Assembly (NCBI RefSeq): GCF_018350175.1
Contig: NC_058368.1
Span: 25,980,001 to 26,044,000 of the forward strand
From: Felis catus
Lineage: Eukaryota
DNA length: 64,000 nt
Direction: 5' to 3'
Position 1 is the stretch's first letter. Each line of letters starts with the position of its first letter. A program made the position numbers and the translations under genes. The notes under the pieces were generated by a model. It did no database searches and was not told the DNA's origin. It saw nothing but the letters and a program-made list of their open reading frames with translations. This document shows positions 61,005-64,000 of this stretch, in pieces.

Positions 61005-61496
61005 TATTGCAGTGGTTTCCTATGACTGCTGTAGTAAATGACCGCAAACTTGGTGAGTTAAAGCAACACAGATTCAGTCTCTAACAGTTCTGGAGGCCCG
61101 AAGTCTGAAGTCAGTTTCAGTGGGCTAAAGTCAAGTTATTGGCAAAGCTGGTTCCTCCTGGAGGCTCTTGAGAAGAATCTGTTCCCTTGCCTTTCCACCT
61201 CCTGGAGATTGTCCGTATTCCTTGGCTTGTGGCCCTGTCCCCCACGTTCACAGTACACCTGGCCTCTGCGTCTGTTATCACATCGCCTTCTCTCTGACTC
61301 TGATTTCTTCCTTCTGACTCTTATCAGGACACTGTGATTACACTGGGCCCACCTGGGTGGCCCAGGCTAAGCCCCCCTGTGAAGACCCTTAATGTGATCC
61401 CAGCTGCAAAATCTTTTTGCCATTTAAATTTCCATTCACACATTCCAAGGATCAGGGCTTGGGTATCTTCCAGGGGCCATTCTTCAGCCTGCCACA
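61005..61496 (-). mobile_element. ERVL-MaLR LTR (MLT1C/D-like)
   Basis: gcaaacttggtgagttaaagcaaca, cagttctggaggcccgaagtctgaagtc, gggccattcttcagcctgccaca. Confidence 0.85.
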
Positions 61497-64000
61497 CTTA
61501 TGTAACCGACATAGCCAATTAACGGGTCTTACTGTCACCACCCAGTGCTATGACCGTTCCATTCTCTTAATCTAATGAATATTGGAATTCTGATCACAGG
61601 CATGACTTATGATCATTTTGTGTTAGATAAGAGAAAATAATCAGTTTTCACACTAGGCTCGCCAGTTATTTTTACTCAAGGCTAGAAAAACAAATCTTAT
61701 GTTTTAAAATTATGAAACTTCTCTCCATTCTTATTTTAGTTAATGTAAGTAATTTGAGTCTCAATTTCCCAATCAAACAATTAATGTCTCTCTCTCACAG
61801 TACCTAGTTTAAAAGGCACGATGAAAATGTAAGCTATTTCTGTCATTAGCATGGGTGAAGAGGTTGTCATAGACTATTCCTTGTCCATTGGCAGCTAATG
61901 CAATAAATTTGAAGCCAGATTAACAAAGTCATGTGCCCATCACCTTGTGTGAGAAGCTGTAGAGATGACCAAATGAGCAGGTGTCTCATCATTTTTTCCA
62001 TTTATGTGAGTAGGGGAAATGACTTAGAGCAAAGAAACATGAGCCTGTCACACATGTAAGACAGTCTGGATTGACCAGACTATCTAAACCAGACCGATAC
62101 CCTGCTGGAAGGGCACATAATGACTCAGGTGGGTACCTTTATCTATCAGGTGGCTATGAGCAGGTCAGGCACCTTGAAAAAACTTGAGGTCCATTCTTCA
62201 TGCTTGGTTTCCCAAGTGCAGTTCCAGGTACCCTCAGTAACAATTACCCACAGTCATCAAGAGGCAAACAGACTCAGGCGGATCCCTCTCCCTCTCCCTC
62301 TAGCATCATTGGCCAGGCAGCATTCTTCACGATTCCTGAAGGTACGGTCAGTGCTGTCAGTGCCTAATGGTGGGGCTGCCAGGTCCCAGGGGCTTCATGG
62401 AGACATTTGAAAATCTGGTGGTGTTGTTCCAGGCAGTCTTATTTAAACCAAAGACAACAATGTCGCCCTGGAAAAGATGGGGCAGCCTCTGAGAACATGC
62501 TTTCTACAAGCTTCTTCAAAAAAAACCAGAGCTTGCTGAAGAGATGACTGGTTTGCAGCTCATCCCCAAACTGCCCTCCTGGGAAACAGCACATCCTGAG
62601 ATGCAGAACCTTTGAAGGCTAGGCCTTCCTCCTAATGCTTTTTGCTTGCAGATCCTCTTTTCAGGAGCAGCTTTTCAAGTTAGGAATTTTTCGTTATGGT
62701 TGCTAGCCATCCTCCGGGGGTGGGATGTGAGGTGGAGAGGAGGGTGGATGGTGACTGCAGACGGGCTTGCCTTCCGCCCTTTAAATGGCAGTAGGGCGGC
62801 TATTTCCTGTTATGTCTTCGTGTGGCCACAGGATGGCAATATTTAGGAATGTTACTGTTACCTTCCAGTGGCTGTTTACGGCCTAAATTGGAGCCCCAGT
62901 AAGGCACACAAGTGACTGGTGATGTGTGTGGGACCAAGAGCTTCGAAACCAGAAGGAAGAGGAAAAGAGGAAGGGTCATTGTGAGACTTAAAACAATCCA
63001 AATACAAATATTTTGAACTGTATTTTGCAGTACACTTAGGTAAAAGTGGAACAGGGCTGAATCCGCCATGGATACCCACTGTCACGCCTGATGACGTATT
63101 TCATGCTGAGTTCTGACCATTACGGGGGATTTTTGTCCCACCCCTGGGAAGCACTTCCACAACTTTGTTCATACAGCTATTTTAGCACCTCCATGCTGTG
63201 ATATCCCATTAGACTGGAAGCCCTCTTGAGGCCAGGAGCCATGCTTTCTTTATCTGTTTCCTTGGCCCTGTAGATGCAATGTAAAGAAACCTGGGCTCAT
63301 CACATGTTAATAAAAGACTCATCGACTAAAATGTTATCAGAATTTGGGGCAAAAATTCCCTATTTGGGAACAAAAATTCAAGTTGTCAGAGAATAAGCCC
63401 CAAAGGTGAGTTCTGGCCTGAGTTTTGAGGAAGGGTCAAAGCCAGGGAAGGAGTGGTACCTATAGACTCCTCCACACTTGCCCCACCCGGCCCTGAGGGT
63501 ATGGAAGAGGGCATTGTGGGATCTAGGGAGAAGCAGAAGCAAAGGCACAGGGTGGAAATGTGAAAGGTGTGTTCAAAGCTGGTTGCAAATGCGGAGGGAA
63601 AAATAAGAGATTATGGTAAATACAACTAGAAAGGTAGGTCAGGGCCTAGAATTTGGGGAGTTTAAAAATAATGCTAAGGCAGACTTTTTAGTTGATTCCT
63701 ACCCTTTCCCCCCACTGCCCCCCCACCTCCCTCCCACTCCTGTGATTGCCCAAATTTGGGGTTGAGAAGAGGGAAGCAGCTATCTGCTTGATTACTCCCA
63801 GGAGACTGGGGGAAGGGAGTGGGAGCTGGCAATCAACAGACCCCAAGCTCTGGAGGCGGGAATGGGTGTCCTGACCAATGGTAGCTGTGGAAAGGACCCA
63901 GTGATGGCCCCAGGTGGTAAATCCCAGGTGGTAATCCCCATGGCTCCCCTGCTTCTCTGTCTCTGTGGTTCAGAGGCTGCTTTTAGCCCCACTGCCCTTG

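Noticed and set aside
1..64000. CRISPR arrays, operons, prokaryotic defence systems, rRNA genes
   Set aside because: The sequence is mammalian repeat-rich DNA with no regularly spaced direct repeats, gene-dense structure or rRNA similarity

Overview
Mammalian non-coding DNA, almost certainly felid (cat lineage). About 42 carnivore tRNA-derived Can-SINEs (roughly 14% of the window) include five near-identical copies of the youngest cat-type subfamily, and there is a cat-type L1 3' end. I recognise no protein-coding gene, RNA gene, CRISPR array or prokaryotic system; the ORF track is almost all SINE translations, microsatellites and chance ORFs. The window looks like a large intron or intergenic region layered with Can-SINE, MIR, L2, L1, MaLR/ERVL/ERV1 LTRs and hAT/Tigger DNA-transposon fossils. 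The most notable observation is a heavily decayed retroviral pol fossil at ~19.4-21.2 kb, visible only as RT, RNase H and integrase motif remnants in the right order across frameshifts. Also notable are two clean solo LTRs with TSDs (6199-6780 and 27682-28128), a compact GC-box/CRE/TATA promoter-like module at ~36.1-36.2 kb, an Oct plus triple AP-1-like cluster at ~55.7 kb, two CTCF-consensus sites, and several nested or inverted SINE arrangements. Repeat family names come from recall of consensus sequences, not from a search; boundaries without TSDs are approximate.
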